A stretch of 64,000 bases of DNA, from positions 800,001-864,000 of the forward strand of contig JBMNLH010000001.1 of assembly GCA_050952625.1 (NCBI GenBank), in the 5' to 3' direction. Made by a program: the position numbers and the translations under genes. Position 1 is the stretch's first letter, and the number at the start of each line of letters is the position of its first letter. Shown here piece by piece: positions 48,244-59,557 of this stretch. The notes beneath the pieces are model-generated. The model saw only the letters and a program-made list of their open reading frames with translations, was not told where the DNA came from and did not search any database. The DNA is from Bacillota bacterium. Its GTDB lineage: Bacteria > Bacillota > Ch66 > Ch109.

Positions 48244-48363
48244 GAGCACCGTATCTAAAAGTCAGGAAAGAACTGTACAAACAGAAGTAGAACTTTAGCA
48301 CCGCAGAAACTGTGCGAAAAGCAAGAGGTGCGACTATTAAAATAAAAGGAGCACCGTATCTAA
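48242..48363 (+). repeat. 17-bp direct repeat pair enclosing an 88-nt structured spacer
   Basis: AGGAGCACCGTATCTAA at 48242-48258 and 48347-48363 (exact); partial AGCACCG at 48297-48303. Confidence 0.85.
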
Positions 48364-48409
48364 CTATTTTTATTAAGGATAAAGTAACTGCCGGTAGGAG
48401 GTGGGCATA

Positions 48410-49810
48410 ATGAAGAAACCCTATATTGGCGTATCAATTGAACAAGACAGCATGGCAGCTTACTTACAGGTTGAGAACGATGATGAAGATAATTATAAGG
48501 GTGATATTCAGGAACTATTCGAAATGGCTTTAGAGCGTCTTCAAGAGAAAGGGGTAAAGTATGGGATTGATGAAGCGGCAGTGCGAGATGCGGTTTCTGT
48601 ACGACGTGGAGAAAAGATGCTAGTAGCGGTGGGCAAACCCGTTGAGGAAGGTAAAGATGCGAGTATTACTTTTCATTACTTATCCGATAAAGAAAAAGCA
48701 GGACGACCGCAGGAGCGAGAAGATGGAACTGTTAATTTTTGGGATTTAAACTTGATTAACAATGTTCGGGCCGGTGATATTTTGGCGACCAAAACACCAT
48801 CGGTTTCCGGAAGTCCAGGAATTACGGTTACTGGCCAGATTATAAAACCGAAGCCAGTTAAAAACGCGACTCTCCGTCGGGGCAAAAACACATCTTTGGA
48901 GAACAATGGTTTAAAGTTGATTGCTACCCGAGACGGACACGTGGTAACAACGGCCGATGGAGTAATTAGTGTTTTGCCTGTTTTAACCGTTAACGGAAAT
49001 GTGGATGTGGCTACTGGCAATATATCATTTATCGGTGATGTAGTAATCCAGGGTAGCGTAAAACCCGGTTTTGCGGTCCGGGCTGAGAAAAATATAGAAG
49101 TCATTGGCAATGTTGAAGGGGGTTCACTTTTAGCTGGTGAATCTATTACGGTTAAAGGAGGCATCATAGGGCAAGGAAAGCACCGTGTCGTGGCTGGTGG
49201 CAGCCTGAAGGCGCGATTTATCGAAAATGGTATGGTTCAGGCAAGAGGCGATATTTTAATTAATGACGCTATACTAAATAGTACAGTCATCGCTGGAGGA
49301 CGGATCCAAGTGGAGGGCCGGCGAGGAACAATTGTCGGGGGCGAGACGCGAGCCACCTTTGAAATAAAAGCGAAAAATATCGGGTCACCCTTAACGCCTT
49401 TGACTCAGCTTGAAGTTGGTGTTAAGCCTGAATGGAAGGAAGAATTAAAGAAGATACTGGCAGAATTAAAATCAAAAACCAAAAACTTGGAAAAAAGTCG
49501 ACAAGTATCCAATATGTTGGTTCAATTAAAAAAGAACAAAGGCGAGCTGCCGAAAGATAAGCGGGAAACCCTGGAACGCCTGCAGTTCACCGAACAGCAG
49601 TTAGAACAAGAGATTGCAGAAGGGCAGAAGCGTAAACGAAAGTTGGAAGAAAAACTGTCCATGCTCACAACCGGTAAGATTAAAGTTCAGGGAACAATCT
49701 ATCCTGGAGTAACCGTTGTTATTGGAAATATAACGATGAGTATCAATGATCCGCTCCAATATTGTCAATTAGTAATAGAAAATGACGAAATCAAAATCCG
49801 TCCTTATTGA
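48410..49810 (+). CDS. FapA / DUF342 family flagellar assembly protein
   Basis: GVKYGIDE, PQEREDGTVNF, VNGNVDVATGNISFIGDVVIQG beta-helix repeats, IYPGVTVVIG. Confidence 0.9.
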   Translation: MKKPYIGVSIEQDSMAAYLQVENDDEDNYKGDIQELFEMALERLQEKGVKYGIDEAAVRDAVSVRRGEKMLVAVGKPVEEGKDASITFHYLSDKEKAGRPQEREDGTVNFWDLNLINNVRAGDILATKTPSVSGSPGITVTGQIIKPKPVKNATLRRGKNTSLENNGLKLIATRDGHVVTTADGVISVLPVLTVNGNVDVATGNISFIGDVVIQGSVKPGFAVRAEKNIEVIGNVEGGSLLAGESITVKGGIIGQGKHRVVAGGSLKARFIENGMVQARGDILINDAILNSTVIAGGRIQVEGRRGTIVGGETRATFEIKAKNIGSPLTPLTQLEVGVKPEWKEELKKILAELKSKTKNLEKSRQVSNMLVQLKKNKGELPKDKRETLERLQFTEQQLEQEIAEGQKRKRKLEEKLSMLTTGKIKVQGTIYPGVTVVIGNITMSINDPLQYCQLVIENDEIKIRPY

Positions 49811-49868
49811 ATGATTCTTGAAGGTAGCGAAATCTTGTTGGTTAGGTATTTCAAAGGGGGTGTTGGTT

Positions 49869-50183
49869 TTGTCAGTTAAAATGGTGGATATGCAGGTTCT
49901 TATACCGAAAGTACAAGAGGTGGCGAAAACTCAGCAAATCCAGCAGCAGGGGCTACCGAACCAGCAAGCGAGCTTAGCGGCTCAGTTACGTCAAGAAGCA
50001 GCCCATAAGCAAAGTAGTGTTCAAGAAACTCCCCAAAGTGAAGAGAGTAAGATTCTTGATCAGGAAAAGGAGCGAAAGAATCGGGATGAGCCAAGAAACC
50101 GGAAAAAGAAAGATGAGAAACAACGGCTAGCTAGTTCATCTAAAGATCCTCGTTTGGGTAATAAAGTAGATATAATAATATGA
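49869..50183 (+). CDS. Conserved hypothetical protein downstream of fapA
   Basis: VDMQVLIPKVQEVAKTQQ N-terminus, charged middle, ends GNKVDIII; TTG after AAGGGGG. Confidence 0.7.
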   Translation: MSVKMVDMQVLIPKVQEVAKTQQIQQQGLPNQQASLAAQLRQEAAHKQSSVQETPQSEESKILDQEKERKNRDEPRNRKKKDEKQRLASSSKDPRLGNKVDIII

Positions 50184-50241
50184 ATTAATGCGGTTTAACA
50201 ATTATCATATCATTTTAAGAGTGGCTACAGGGGGGCTTGGT

Positions 50242-51039
50242 ATGGTTTGGGCTTTATTAGTATTAGGCCTAGGCGGGGTTTTGTTAGCAATGATGTATAA
50301 GAATAAATCGGCTGCGCCAGAATCTCTGTCTCCAGAATTAAAAAGTCGGAAACTTAAAGATTTGGATCAATTGCTTGAAGAAAGTGTCTTAGTTAAGGAA
50401 GACCTGGAGAGACTTTTGGTTGAGGCGACCAGAGTCTCCAGTAAGATCCAAAATGAGCTTTCCAGACAGATTGAATTTCTACGGCAATTGGCAATTGATG
50501 AAACAAGACCGTTATCATGGTCAGAATCACATGATCAAGAAAATAGCGCACACAAAAATGTTGCTAGGGCAAAACGAAACCGGACTAGCCAGAGTCACAT
50601 GGAGCCCGGACAGAATTGCCTTAAACCAATGGAAGCTAACAGAGGTCGGGTGGTGGTTAAGTCGGTTCAATGGGCACCTTTTGAAAACCCCGAGACCGAC
50701 TATGCTCAGATGGATGAAAACAAGACGATTGCCGGTTCCCAAAGGATAGATCCTGATTTGATTAGACCGGGTACTTTAGAAGGAATGAGGCAAAAGAGAA
50801 CTGAGGAGAGAGAAAAAAATCCAGCAAACTCAGTCATCCATCTCTATCCGGCAGCAAAGACCCAGACTAGTCGGAGCAGTAGTTATGATCAAATCTGTAG
50901 AATGGCTAATGAAGGTTATTCAGCATTAAGGATTGCGGAAACAACTGGGATAGGTCTGGGAGAAGTTCAACTGGTTTTAGATATATATCGCAAGAATAGA
51001 GTGCCGGCAGGGATACCAGAAAGTTTTTCTACGATTTAG
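50242..51039 (+). CDS. SwrB/YlxL-like (DUF6115-type) membrane-anchored protein with C-terminal HTH
   Basis: N-terminal TM, coiled coil, C-terminal YDQICRMANEGYSALRIAETTGIGLGEVQLVL; last gene before rpsB, as in Bacillus. Confidence 0.7.
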   Translation: MVWALLVLGLGGVLLAMMYKNKSAAPESLSPELKSRKLKDLDQLLEESVLVKEDLERLLVEATRVSSKIQNELSRQIEFLRQLAIDETRPLSWSESHDQENSAHKNVARAKRNRTSQSHMEPGQNCLKPMEANRGRVVVKSVQWAPFENPETDYAQMDENKTIAGSQRIDPDLIRPGTLEGMRQKRTEEREKNPANSVIHLYPAAKTQTSRSSSYDQICRMANEGYSALRIAETTGIGLGEVQLVLDIYRKNRVPAGIPESFSTI

Positions 51040-51064
51040 TAAGATGGATAAGCATTTTAATTGT

Positions 51065-51093
51065 TTGCTTTCAAATATCTCATATGATAAACT
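51065..51093 (+). promoter_or_regulatory. SigA promoter of rpsB
   Basis: TTGCTT-N17-TAAACT with TG extension. Confidence 0.65.
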
Positions 51094-51099
51094 AATAAA

Positions 51100-51192
51100 T
51101 GGTGCAAAAATACACACGTTGCCCAATCCTAGATCTGGTGCTTTTGTTTTTCAAAAGTAAGTCGGGAAATGCGGGGACGGAGGCAAAACCAG
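51100..51192 (+). ncRNA. rpsB leader RNA (S2 autoregulatory leader)
   Basis: TACACACG...GGTGC...CGGAGGCAAAACC pattern typical of Firmicute rpsB leaders, directly upstream of the rpsB RBS. Confidence 0.65.
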
Positions 51193-51210
51193 GAAGGAGG
51201 TGTGATCATC

Positions 51211-51924
51211 ATGGCAGTTATTTCAATGAAACAGCTTCTGGAAGCGGGAGTACACTTTGGCCATCAGACTAGACGCTGGAATCCAAAAATGGCCCCCTTT
51301 ATTTTCACCGAACGTAACGGGATTTACATTATTGACTTGCAAAAAACCGTTCGTAAGGTGGATGAGGCCTACGCTTTTATTCGCGATGTAATTGCCCAAA
51401 AGAAATCCGTCCTTTTTGTCGGGACAAAGAAACAGGCTCAGGAGGCAGTTCGCGAAGAAGCCCAGCGTTGTGAACAGTTTTATGTTAATGAACGTTGGTT
51501 GGGTGGTATGCTAACTAACTTTCATACTATTCAGAAGCGAATCCAGCGACTGAGGGAATTAGAGCGGATGGAGCAAGATGGAACTTTTGAGGTTCTTCCG
51601 AAAAAAGAAGTGTCTCGGTTGATGGGGGAAAAGGAAAAACTCGACCGATTCTTAGGCGGCATCAAGGACATGAAAGAATTACCCGGGGCTATGTTTGTGA
51701 TTGATCCGCGAAAAGAACGGATTGCAGTGGCAGAAGCTCGTCGGCTGGGCATCCCAATAGTGGCAATTGTCGATACTAATTGTGATCCAGATGAAATTGA
51801 TTACGTTATCCCAGGTAATGATGACGCAATCAGGGCAGTTAAACTGCTGACTGGAAAAATGGCTGAGGCGGTTCTCGAGTCCAAGCAAGGACAGCAGATG
51901 ACCGTGGAGGAGCAAACTGAATAA
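51211..51924 (+). CDS. rpsB: 30S ribosomal protein S2
   Basis: [38 protein letters not shown]. Confidence 0.98.
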   Translation: MAVISMKQLLEAGVHFGHQTRRWNPKMAPFIFTERNGIYIIDLQKTVRKVDEAYAFIRDVIAQKKSVLFVGTKKQAQEAVREEAQRCEQFYVNERWLGGMLTNFHTIQKRIQRLRELERMEQDGTFEVLPKKEVSRLMGEKEKLDRFLGGIKDMKELPGAMFVIDPRKERIAVAEARRLGIPIVAIVDTNCDPDEIDYVIPGNDDAIRAVKLLTGKMAEAVLESKQGQQMTVEEQTE

Positions 51925-51931
51925 GGTAATG

Positions 51932-51987
51932 AGTAGGGGTAGGGGTGACCGAGGGGAAAGATTTCCCTAACTCTTATCCCTACTTTT
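51932..51987 (+). terminator. Attenuator-like hairpin between rpsB and tsf
   Basis: AGTAGGGGTAGGGGT pairs with ACTCTTATCCCTACT, followed by TTT. Confidence 0.6.
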
Positions 51988-52043
51988 ATGTATAAGCCGA
52001 CGTTTTCAAACGTTTATTGATAAAGCCGGAGGTGGATAGTTCA

Positions 52044-53452
<1,409 letters not shown>

Positions 53453-53456
53453 AGAA

Positions 53457-54014
53457 ATGGCTGATGAATATCTTAAAGATGCGGAAGATAGAATGCAAAA
53501 GAGTGTCGAAAACCTCAAGCGGGAATTTGCTTCACTAAGAGCCGGCAGGGCTAATCCAGCTCTGCTAGAACGGGTGTTAGTGGATTATTATGGTACACCC
53601 ACTCCAATTAATCAGGTAGGAAATATCGGCGTTCCTGAGCCTCGATTGCTAGTTATCCAGCCCTGGGACCGCAGTCTAATTCCGGTTATTGAAAAGGCTA
53701 TTCTCAAGTCCGATCTTGGTATTACTCCGAGCAGTGATGGTAATGTAGTCCGGATCGCCATTCCCCAGTTAACCCAGGAACGACGTAAGGAATTAGTCAA
53801 AGTGATCAAAAAAAGGGCTGAGGAAGCACGGGTAGCAGTCCGGAACATTCGACGCGATGCGATGGATCAATTAAAGGCGCGGGAAAAAAAGGGAGAGATC
53901 TCTGAAGACATTATGCGCCGAGAACAGGATTCCCTGCAGAAGGTTACCGATAATACCATCAAAGTCATTGATAAACTAGCTGAGTCCAAAGAACAGGAAG
54001 TCATGGAAGTATAA
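53457..54014 (+). CDS. frr: Ribosome recycling factor
   Basis: [36 protein letters not shown]. Confidence 0.98.
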   Translation: MADEYLKDAEDRMQKSVENLKREFASLRAGRANPALLERVLVDYYGTPTPINQVGNIGVPEPRLLVIQPWDRSLIPVIEKAILKSDLGITPSSDGNVVRIAIPQLTQERRKELVKVIKKRAEEARVAVRNIRRDAMDQLKAREKKGEISEDIMRREQDSLQKVTDNTIKVIDKLAESKEQEVMEV

Positions 54015-54015
54015 T

Positions 54016-54243
54016 ATGGACCGCGATCAACCCGATTTATTGGTACCGGATATAGTGGCCTGGGAAATTGAAGATGCAATACAAATATTAAAAGAAAGTG
54101 GCTTTAAGGTGCAACAGATAAAAGTTAATCCCGATAAAACTAATTCGGATGAATTCGATAACTGGCGAGTTTTACGTCAGAAACGACTATCTGATGAGGT
54201 TTTTCAACTTGTTGTAGCCCCATTTAAGAGTCTTAAGCCATAA
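54016..54243 (+). CDS. Small stand-alone PASTA-like domain protein
   Basis: VPDIVAWEIEDAIQILKESGF...VLRQK...LVVA matches the PASTA pattern; ATG 1 nt after the frr stop. Confidence 0.65.
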   Translation: MDRDQPDLLVPDIVAWEIEDAIQILKESGFKVQQIKVNPDKTNSDEFDNWRVLRQKRLSDEVFQLVVAPFKSLKP

Positions 54244-54273
54244 TAATCTAGGGTTGTACATTTATTATCAACA

Positions 54274-54302
54274 TAAACCCCCTCAATTATTTGGGGGTTT
54301 TA
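54274..54302 (+). terminator. Hairpin/terminator before uppS
   Basis: AAACCCCC-N10-GGGGGTTT, followed by TT. Confidence 0.55.
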
Positions 54303-54362
54303 TCCTTGGTCTGTATATTTCCTTTGTCCGGTTAATCCTGTCTGAACTGGAGGGGGGTTAAG

Positions 54363-55142
54363 GTGGCGGGTTTTGATTCTTTTCTTAATCGTAAGTTTCG
54401 GGTAAAACGAGCAAAAGATAAATGGGAGTCACAAATTGATCATAATCATTTGCCACAACACATTGCTGTAATAATGGATGGAAATGGTCGTTGGGCTACT
54501 TTACGAGGTCTTCCCCGATATGCTGGTCATCGAGCTGGCATGTCAGCTTTGAAAGAATTAGTCACGATCTGCGGCGAGCTAGGAATTCAAGTGCTGACGG
54601 TGTATGCTTTTTCCACCGAAAATTGGAAGAGGCCGGCAGAAGAAGTTAGTTTTTTGATGAATCTGTTAGTGGAATATATGGAAAGGGAACTAGCAGAGCT
54701 TCACCACAAAGGAGTACAGGTGCGAGCTTTGGGTGAGCTTGCCGAGTTACCGCTGTTAGCTCAGCAAGCTTTGAATAAGGCCGAAAATGTTACCCACGGC
54801 AATCAAGGCATGAAATTTAATATTGCCTTGAACTATGGGGGGCGACGAGAAATTTTAAAGGCGGTCCACCAGATAGCCCAACAAGTACTGGCCGGAGAGA
54901 TTAAACTAGAACAGATTAATGAGGAACTAGTAAGTTGTTTTCTTTATACCAGGGACTTACCTGACCCAGATCTAGTTATTCGACCATCCGGCGAGCAACG
55001 TTTGAGCAATTTCCTGCTATGGCAGAGTGCTTACTCCGAGTTTTGGACCAGTTCAGTACTTTGGCCTGATTTTCGAAAACATCATTTGTTCGAAGCCATT
55101 GTCGATTATCAAAAGCGTCATCGTCGTTATGGCGGTTTATAA
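54363..55142 (+). CDS. uppS: Undecaprenyl diphosphate synthase
   Basis: HIAVIMDGNGRWA, YAFSTENWKRP, ALNYGGR, RPSGEQRLSNFLLWQ. Confidence 0.97.
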   Translation: MAGFDSFLNRKFRVKRAKDKWESQIDHNHLPQHIAVIMDGNGRWATLRGLPRYAGHRAGMSALKELVTICGELGIQVLTVYAFSTENWKRPAEEVSFLMNLLVEYMERELAELHHKGVQVRALGELAELPLLAQQALNKAENVTHGNQGMKFNIALNYGGRREILKAVHQIAQQVLAGEIKLEQINEELVSCFLYTRDLPDPDLVIRPSGEQRLSNFLLWQSAYSEFWTSSVLWPDFRKHHLFEAIVDYQKRHRRYGGL

Positions 55143-55165
55143 CTGAAAAGACAGAGGGAACTCAT

Positions 55166-55999
55166 ATGTTGAAACTACGGATATTAAGCGCAATTTTTGG
55201 CGTCCCCTTATTGCTTTTTATAGTTTGGACCGGGGGCTGGCTATTAGTCGCCGGCGTTGTTGTTCTGGCAGGTTTAGGGTGGAAAGAATTTATAGGTTTG
55301 ATAGAAAATGTTGGCTTAAGAGCAAGGGGAGGGCTAGGATGGCTAGTCCTATTATTTCCAATTGTTGCATATCTTGATTGTAGTGGATTTATCCCTGGCG
55401 GTTTTAGTTATTTACCGGTCGGCATTTTGTTAGCAACTGCATTCGGATTTATTATAAGTTATCCGGAGCGGAAATTGGCCGATGTAGCTGTAACCTTATG
55501 GGGCATTTTATATCTTGGAATGTTGTTTAGTTTTTGGGTCCTAGTCAGGGAATTAAACCAGGGCTGTTTCTGGATCGTACTGGCCTTAATCCTTACCTGG
55601 GCTAGTGATACCGGTGCCTATTTTATTGGCAGGAACTGGGGAAAACGGAAGCCTTGGCCACGTTTAAGTCCTGGCAAGACCCTTGAAGGTGCTCTAGGCG
55701 GGTTGTTTTTTTGCATTGTTACTTCATTAGCATTAACTAGTACTAGTGGGTTTTTTCGATGGGGTGGACCGGATTTGGGGTTAACCGGCTCAATTGTCTT
55801 AGGTTTAGTGGTTAGCGCAATGGCGCAGGCTGGAGATTTAGTTGAATCAGGCTTAAAACGTTCTGCCGGGGTTAAAGATTCAGGCTGTTTAATTCCCGGT
55901 CACGGTGGAATTCTCGATCGTTTTGACAGTTTATTATTCGTCATGCCTACAGTGTACTTCTTTGTTCAAATATATGCGAAATATGAGTTTTTTCAATAA
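55166..55999 (+). CDS. cdsA: Phosphatidate cytidylyltransferase
   Basis: WASDTGAYFIG, SPGKTLEG, GDLVESGLKR, KDSGCLIPGHGGILDRFDS. Confidence 0.97.
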   Translation: MLKLRILSAIFGVPLLLFIVWTGGWLLVAGVVVLAGLGWKEFIGLIENVGLRARGGLGWLVLLFPIVAYLDCSGFIPGGFSYLPVGILLATAFGFIISYPERKLADVAVTLWGILYLGMLFSFWVLVRELNQGCFWIVLALILTWASDTGAYFIGRNWGKRKPWPRLSPGKTLEGALGGLFFCIVTSLALTSTSGFFRWGGPDLGLTGSIVLGLVVSAMAQAGDLVESGLKRSAGVKDSGCLIPGHGGILDRFDSLLFVMPTVYFFVQIYAKYEFFQ

Positions 56000-56081
56000 T
56001 TTTAGAAAATAGATAAATTTGTTGGCCGTAAGTATTATAATAGTCTTAATTTGAGCAAATTGGGGGTAAGAGGTGAAATAG

Positions 56082-57200
56082 ATGGACCCAACCCTCTTAA
56101 AACATGTCATAATCCTGGTCCGTTTTAGCATCATTACAGTTGGTCTGGTGGCTGGCTACCTGGCTTTATATTACGTTGTACCTTATATTTTTCACCTCAT
56201 AACTCAGATCCCAGTTTATTTTTCACCCTTTATTTTAGCATTGGTCATGTCATTATTGATTGAGCCTATAGTAAGGAGACTTCAGTTAAAGTTTAAATTA
56301 TCCCGGGGAATTGCTGTTTTATTTGCCCTGGTGGTTGTTTGGGGTACCGTAGCCTTAGTTCTGGCCGGTGTAGTAAGTCGCCTGGTACAAGAATTAATTG
56401 AGTTATACCGATTACTATCTTCCTCATCGGCCAGTCTGAGTCAGAGTATCGTCAGCCTAGTTGAGAATTGGCAAACCTTTTATCTTCGACTACCAATTCC
56501 ACCTCAAGTTGCAGAAACCCTGCAACAAAACGCGGGAAGTTTGGTGGAGGGAGTTCAAACCCTGGTTCAGGAGATTATGAATGCCCTTATTGGGTTTTTG
56601 GGGGCCTTGCCCGGTTTCTTTACCATTTTCTTAATTGCCACGATTTCGACTTTTTTTATTAGCCGAGATCGGGAACTAATTTACCAAACGCTTTTTGGTT
56701 GGGTTTCCTCGGATTGGTTCGACCGTGGACGAATCGTGATTAGAGATTTGGGTGGTGCTTTAGTCGGTTTTTTTAGAGCTCAACTGATCTTAATTTCTAT
56801 AACCGGAGTTGTAACGGTTATTGGTTTAAGGATCCTGGGAGTTGAGTACGCACTTACTATTGGTCTAGTTGGCGGACTGCTGGATATCTTGCCGATTATA
56901 GGTCCCGGAACTATATTCATTCCTTGGTCACTTTGGACAATTGCTATAGGAAATGTTAGCTTTGGTTGTAAACTGATGTTTCTTTATGCTATTATTTCGA
57001 TAGTACGCCAGTTATTAGAGCCAAAAATCGTCGCGAATAATATTGGGTTACATCCCTTAGCCACTTTGGTCGGCCTTTTTGTTGGACTAAAAGCCGGTGG
57101 TATTTTGGGTATGATTCTAGGACCAGTAACCCTTGTTGTTTTTCAGGCTTTGCGGCGGGCTGGAATAATTGCCAATTGGTCAACGAAAAATCATTGCTAA
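56082..57200 (+). CDS. ytvI: YtvI-like AI-2E family sporulation membrane protein
   Basis: Multiple TM segments, PFILAL..EP, DILPIIGPG, RQLLEPKIV..NIGLHPLATL. Confidence 0.85.
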   Translation: MDPTLLKHVIILVRFSIITVGLVAGYLALYYVVPYIFHLITQIPVYFSPFILALVMSLLIEPIVRRLQLKFKLSRGIAVLFALVVVWGTVALVLAGVVSRLVQELIELYRLLSSSSASLSQSIVSLVENWQTFYLRLPIPPQVAETLQQNAGSLVEGVQTLVQEIMNALIGFLGALPGFFTIFLIATISTFFISRDRELIYQTLFGWVSSDWFDRGRIVIRDLGGALVGFFRAQLILISITGVVTVIGLRILGVEYALTIGLVGGLLDILPIIGPGTIFIPWSLWTIAIGNVSFGCKLMFLYAIISIVRQLLEPKIVANNIGLHPLATLVGLFVGLKAGGILGMILGPVTLVVFQALRRAGIIANWSTKNHC

Positions 57201-57315
57201 TTAGTCAGACAGTAATAATTTTTTCTACTGCAGGGCTATTCGGACAAGATTCTATACACCACTTAAAATGACAGCGAAGTATTAGGTTTATCAATTAGTG
57301 TTGTAGGAGTTTTCA

Positions 57316-58467
57316 ATGCGAAACGTGAAAAGGATTGTCATATTAGGTTCAACTGGTTCAATTGGCCGTCAAACTTTGGAAGTAGTTGAAGCCCATTCAG
57401 ATACTTTAAAGGTAATTGGTTTAGGAGCCGGCAGCAATTATCAATTGCTGGAGCAGCAGGTCAGGAGGTTTTGTCCCAGCTTTGCGGCTTTGGCTGATGT
57501 TGAGGCGGCTCAGATAGCGGCCAGCCATCTCCAAGATGAGACGGTTCAAGTATTAAGCGGTTTACAAGGGATAACCGATTTGGTGGAACTACCCAACGTT
57601 GATCTAGTGGTCAACGCCTTGAGCGGTTTTGCTGGACTTGAGCCGACTATCAAAGCAATTCGGCGTGGTATTCCAGTGGCGATAGCCAATAAGGAGCCAT
57701 TGGTAGTAGCCGGACATCTGATAATGGAAGAGTCTCGGCGTTGGGGTTCACCAATTCTGCCGATTGATAGTGAGCCTTCGGCTATTTTTCAATGCTTACG
57801 CGATGAAAAACGTTTTTTAAGTAAGTTGATTATAACTGCTTCAGGCGGTCCTTTTCGGGGTTGGACACAGGACCGATTGTCCAGTGTCACCCCTGAGTTA
57901 GCTCTGCGCCACCCTAATTGGTCAATGGGCCAAAAGATAACAGTTGATTCGGCTAACTTAATGAACAAGGGGCTTGAAGTAATTGAGGCGCATTGGTTAT
58001 TTAATGTTGATTACTCCCAGATTGAGGTGGTAGTTCACCCCCAATCCATAGTTCATTCTCTAATAGAGTTTATGGATGGTTCAATCCTGGCTCATTTGGG
58101 TCAACCAGATATGCGAGTACCGATTCAATACGCCTTATCCTATCCGGAACGCTGGGGAAGTCCCTGGCCGCGCCTAAGTTTGGTTGAGGCCGGGCAGTTA
58201 ACTTTTCAAGCACCGGATTTGATAAATTTCCCCTGTTTGGAACTAGCCTTACTTGCCGGAAAAAAGGGGGGTTCCATGCCCACTGTGCTCAGCGGGGCTG
58301 ACGAAGAAGCGGTTGATTTATTCCTCAAAGAAAAAATAGGTTTTTTGGATATACCCCGCCTCATAGAGGGAGCACTTGCTAGTCACCATCGGATTGATAA
58401 CCCTGACTTGGACACTCTTCAGGCAGTTGATCACTGGGCCCGTCGTTGGGTTCGCGAACACATTTAG
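57316..58467 (+). CDS. dxr: 1-deoxy-D-xylulose-5-phosphate reductoisomerase
   Basis: ILGSTGSIG, ANKE, PIDSE, TASGGPF, HPNWSMGQKITVDSA, NKGLEVIEA. Confidence 0.97.
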   Translation: MRNVKRIVILGSTGSIGRQTLEVVEAHSDTLKVIGLGAGSNYQLLEQQVRRFCPSFAALADVEAAQIAASHLQDETVQVLSGLQGITDLVELPNVDLVVNALSGFAGLEPTIKAIRRGIPVAIANKEPLVVAGHLIMEESRRWGSPILPIDSEPSAIFQCLRDEKRFLSKLIITASGGPFRGWTQDRLSSVTPELALRHPNWSMGQKITVDSANLMNKGLEVIEAHWLFNVDYSQIEVVVHPQSIVHSLIEFMDGSILAHLGQPDMRVPIQYALSYPERWGSPWPRLSLVEAGQLTFQAPDLINFPCLELALLAGKKGGSMPTVLSGADEEAVDLFLKEKIGFLDIPRLIEGALASHHRIDNPDLDTLQAVDHWARRWVREHI

Positions 58468-58478
58468 GGGGAGATTTT

Positions 58479-59513
58479 TTGATAACCTTTATCGCGGTTG
58501 TATTTGTTTTTGGACTGCTAGTGATGGTCCATGAAGCTGGGCATCTGGTAGCCGCCAAACGGGTTGGTATTGCAGTATATGAATTTAGTATGGGATTCGG
58601 GCCTAAATTGTTTGCTTTCACCCGGGGGGGAACCCTCTATTCAGTAAGAGCATTGCCATTGGGCGGGTATGTCAGGATGGCCGGCAGCGACGAGGGAGAA
58701 GCTGATCTTGAAGCTGCTTACCAGAATAAAACAGTCGGTCAGCGAGCGATTGTGGCAGCGGCCGGGTCAACCATGAATCTTGTTCTGGCGGTAGTTTTGT
58801 TTATCATAGTATTTTCAATCCTCGGTATTCCTTTTGCAACTGGGTCAAATGTGATTGGATCAACCTTACCGGGTTCTCCAGCCGCGGCTAACCTCCTCCC
58901 AGGGGACCAGGTAGTAGCGATTGATAATCAGCCAGTCCAAACTTGGGAGGAAATGGTTAAGATAATTCAGAGTTATCAACCGACTAAGGGACCGCTCAAT
59001 TTTCAGGTTGTACGGACTGGTGAGTCGTTGGAATTTGCCATAGTCCCCGAAATCAACCAACAGACAGCGATCGTTGGCATTCGACCGGAAATCGGGTACC
59101 ACCGGGTTGGTTTGATTACTGGTATCGGTATGGGATTTTCGCAAACAGTTGAATTAACTTGGGCAATGCTTCAAGGACTGGGCCAGATGTTTACTAAGGG
59201 TGTTGAACCGGGCGATTTGGCTGGTCCAGTCGGGATAGTTCAAATGATTGGCGAAGCGTCTCAGGGGGGATTAGCGAACCTTTTGTATTTCGCAGCTATT
59301 CTAAGTATTAATCTGGCGATCTTAAATCTTTTACCCATACCGGCATTAGATGGCAGTAAACTGGTTTTTCTGGCTGTCGAAAAGGTTCGTGGCCGTGGGG
59401 TTGAACCAGAAAGGGAGGGTTTCATCAACTTAATCGGTTTTGCTTTATTAATAACCTTGGTCTTGATACTTACTTATCAAGACGTTATGAGAATATTTGT
59501 TCAGAAAGGATAA
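58479..59513 (+). CDS. rseP: RIP metalloprotease RseP (RasP)
   Basis: HEAGH, GFGPKL, PLGGYV, PDZ domain, NLLPIPALDG. Confidence 0.95.
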   Translation: MITFIAVVFVFGLLVMVHEAGHLVAAKRVGIAVYEFSMGFGPKLFAFTRGGTLYSVRALPLGGYVRMAGSDEGEADLEAAYQNKTVGQRAIVAAAGSTMNLVLAVVLFIIVFSILGIPFATGSNVIGSTLPGSPAAANLLPGDQVVAIDNQPVQTWEEMVKIIQSYQPTKGPLNFQVVRTGESLEFAIVPEINQQTAIVGIRPEIGYHRVGLITGIGMGFSQTVELTWAMLQGLGQMFTKGVEPGDLAGPVGIVQMIGEASQGGLANLLYFAAILSINLAILNLLPIPALDGSKLVFLAVEKVRGRGVEPEREGFINLIGFALLITLVLILTYQDVMRIFVQKG

Positions 59514-59557
59514 TTACTCTAAAACAAAACTTTTATAAACTGTCTGGAGGCAGGGCA

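Noticed and set aside
48242-48363. CRISPR array or DGR interpretation of the direct repeats
   Set aside because: Only two 17-bp repeats with an 88-nt spacer, no cas or RT gene, and no TR/VR pair differing at adenines in the window
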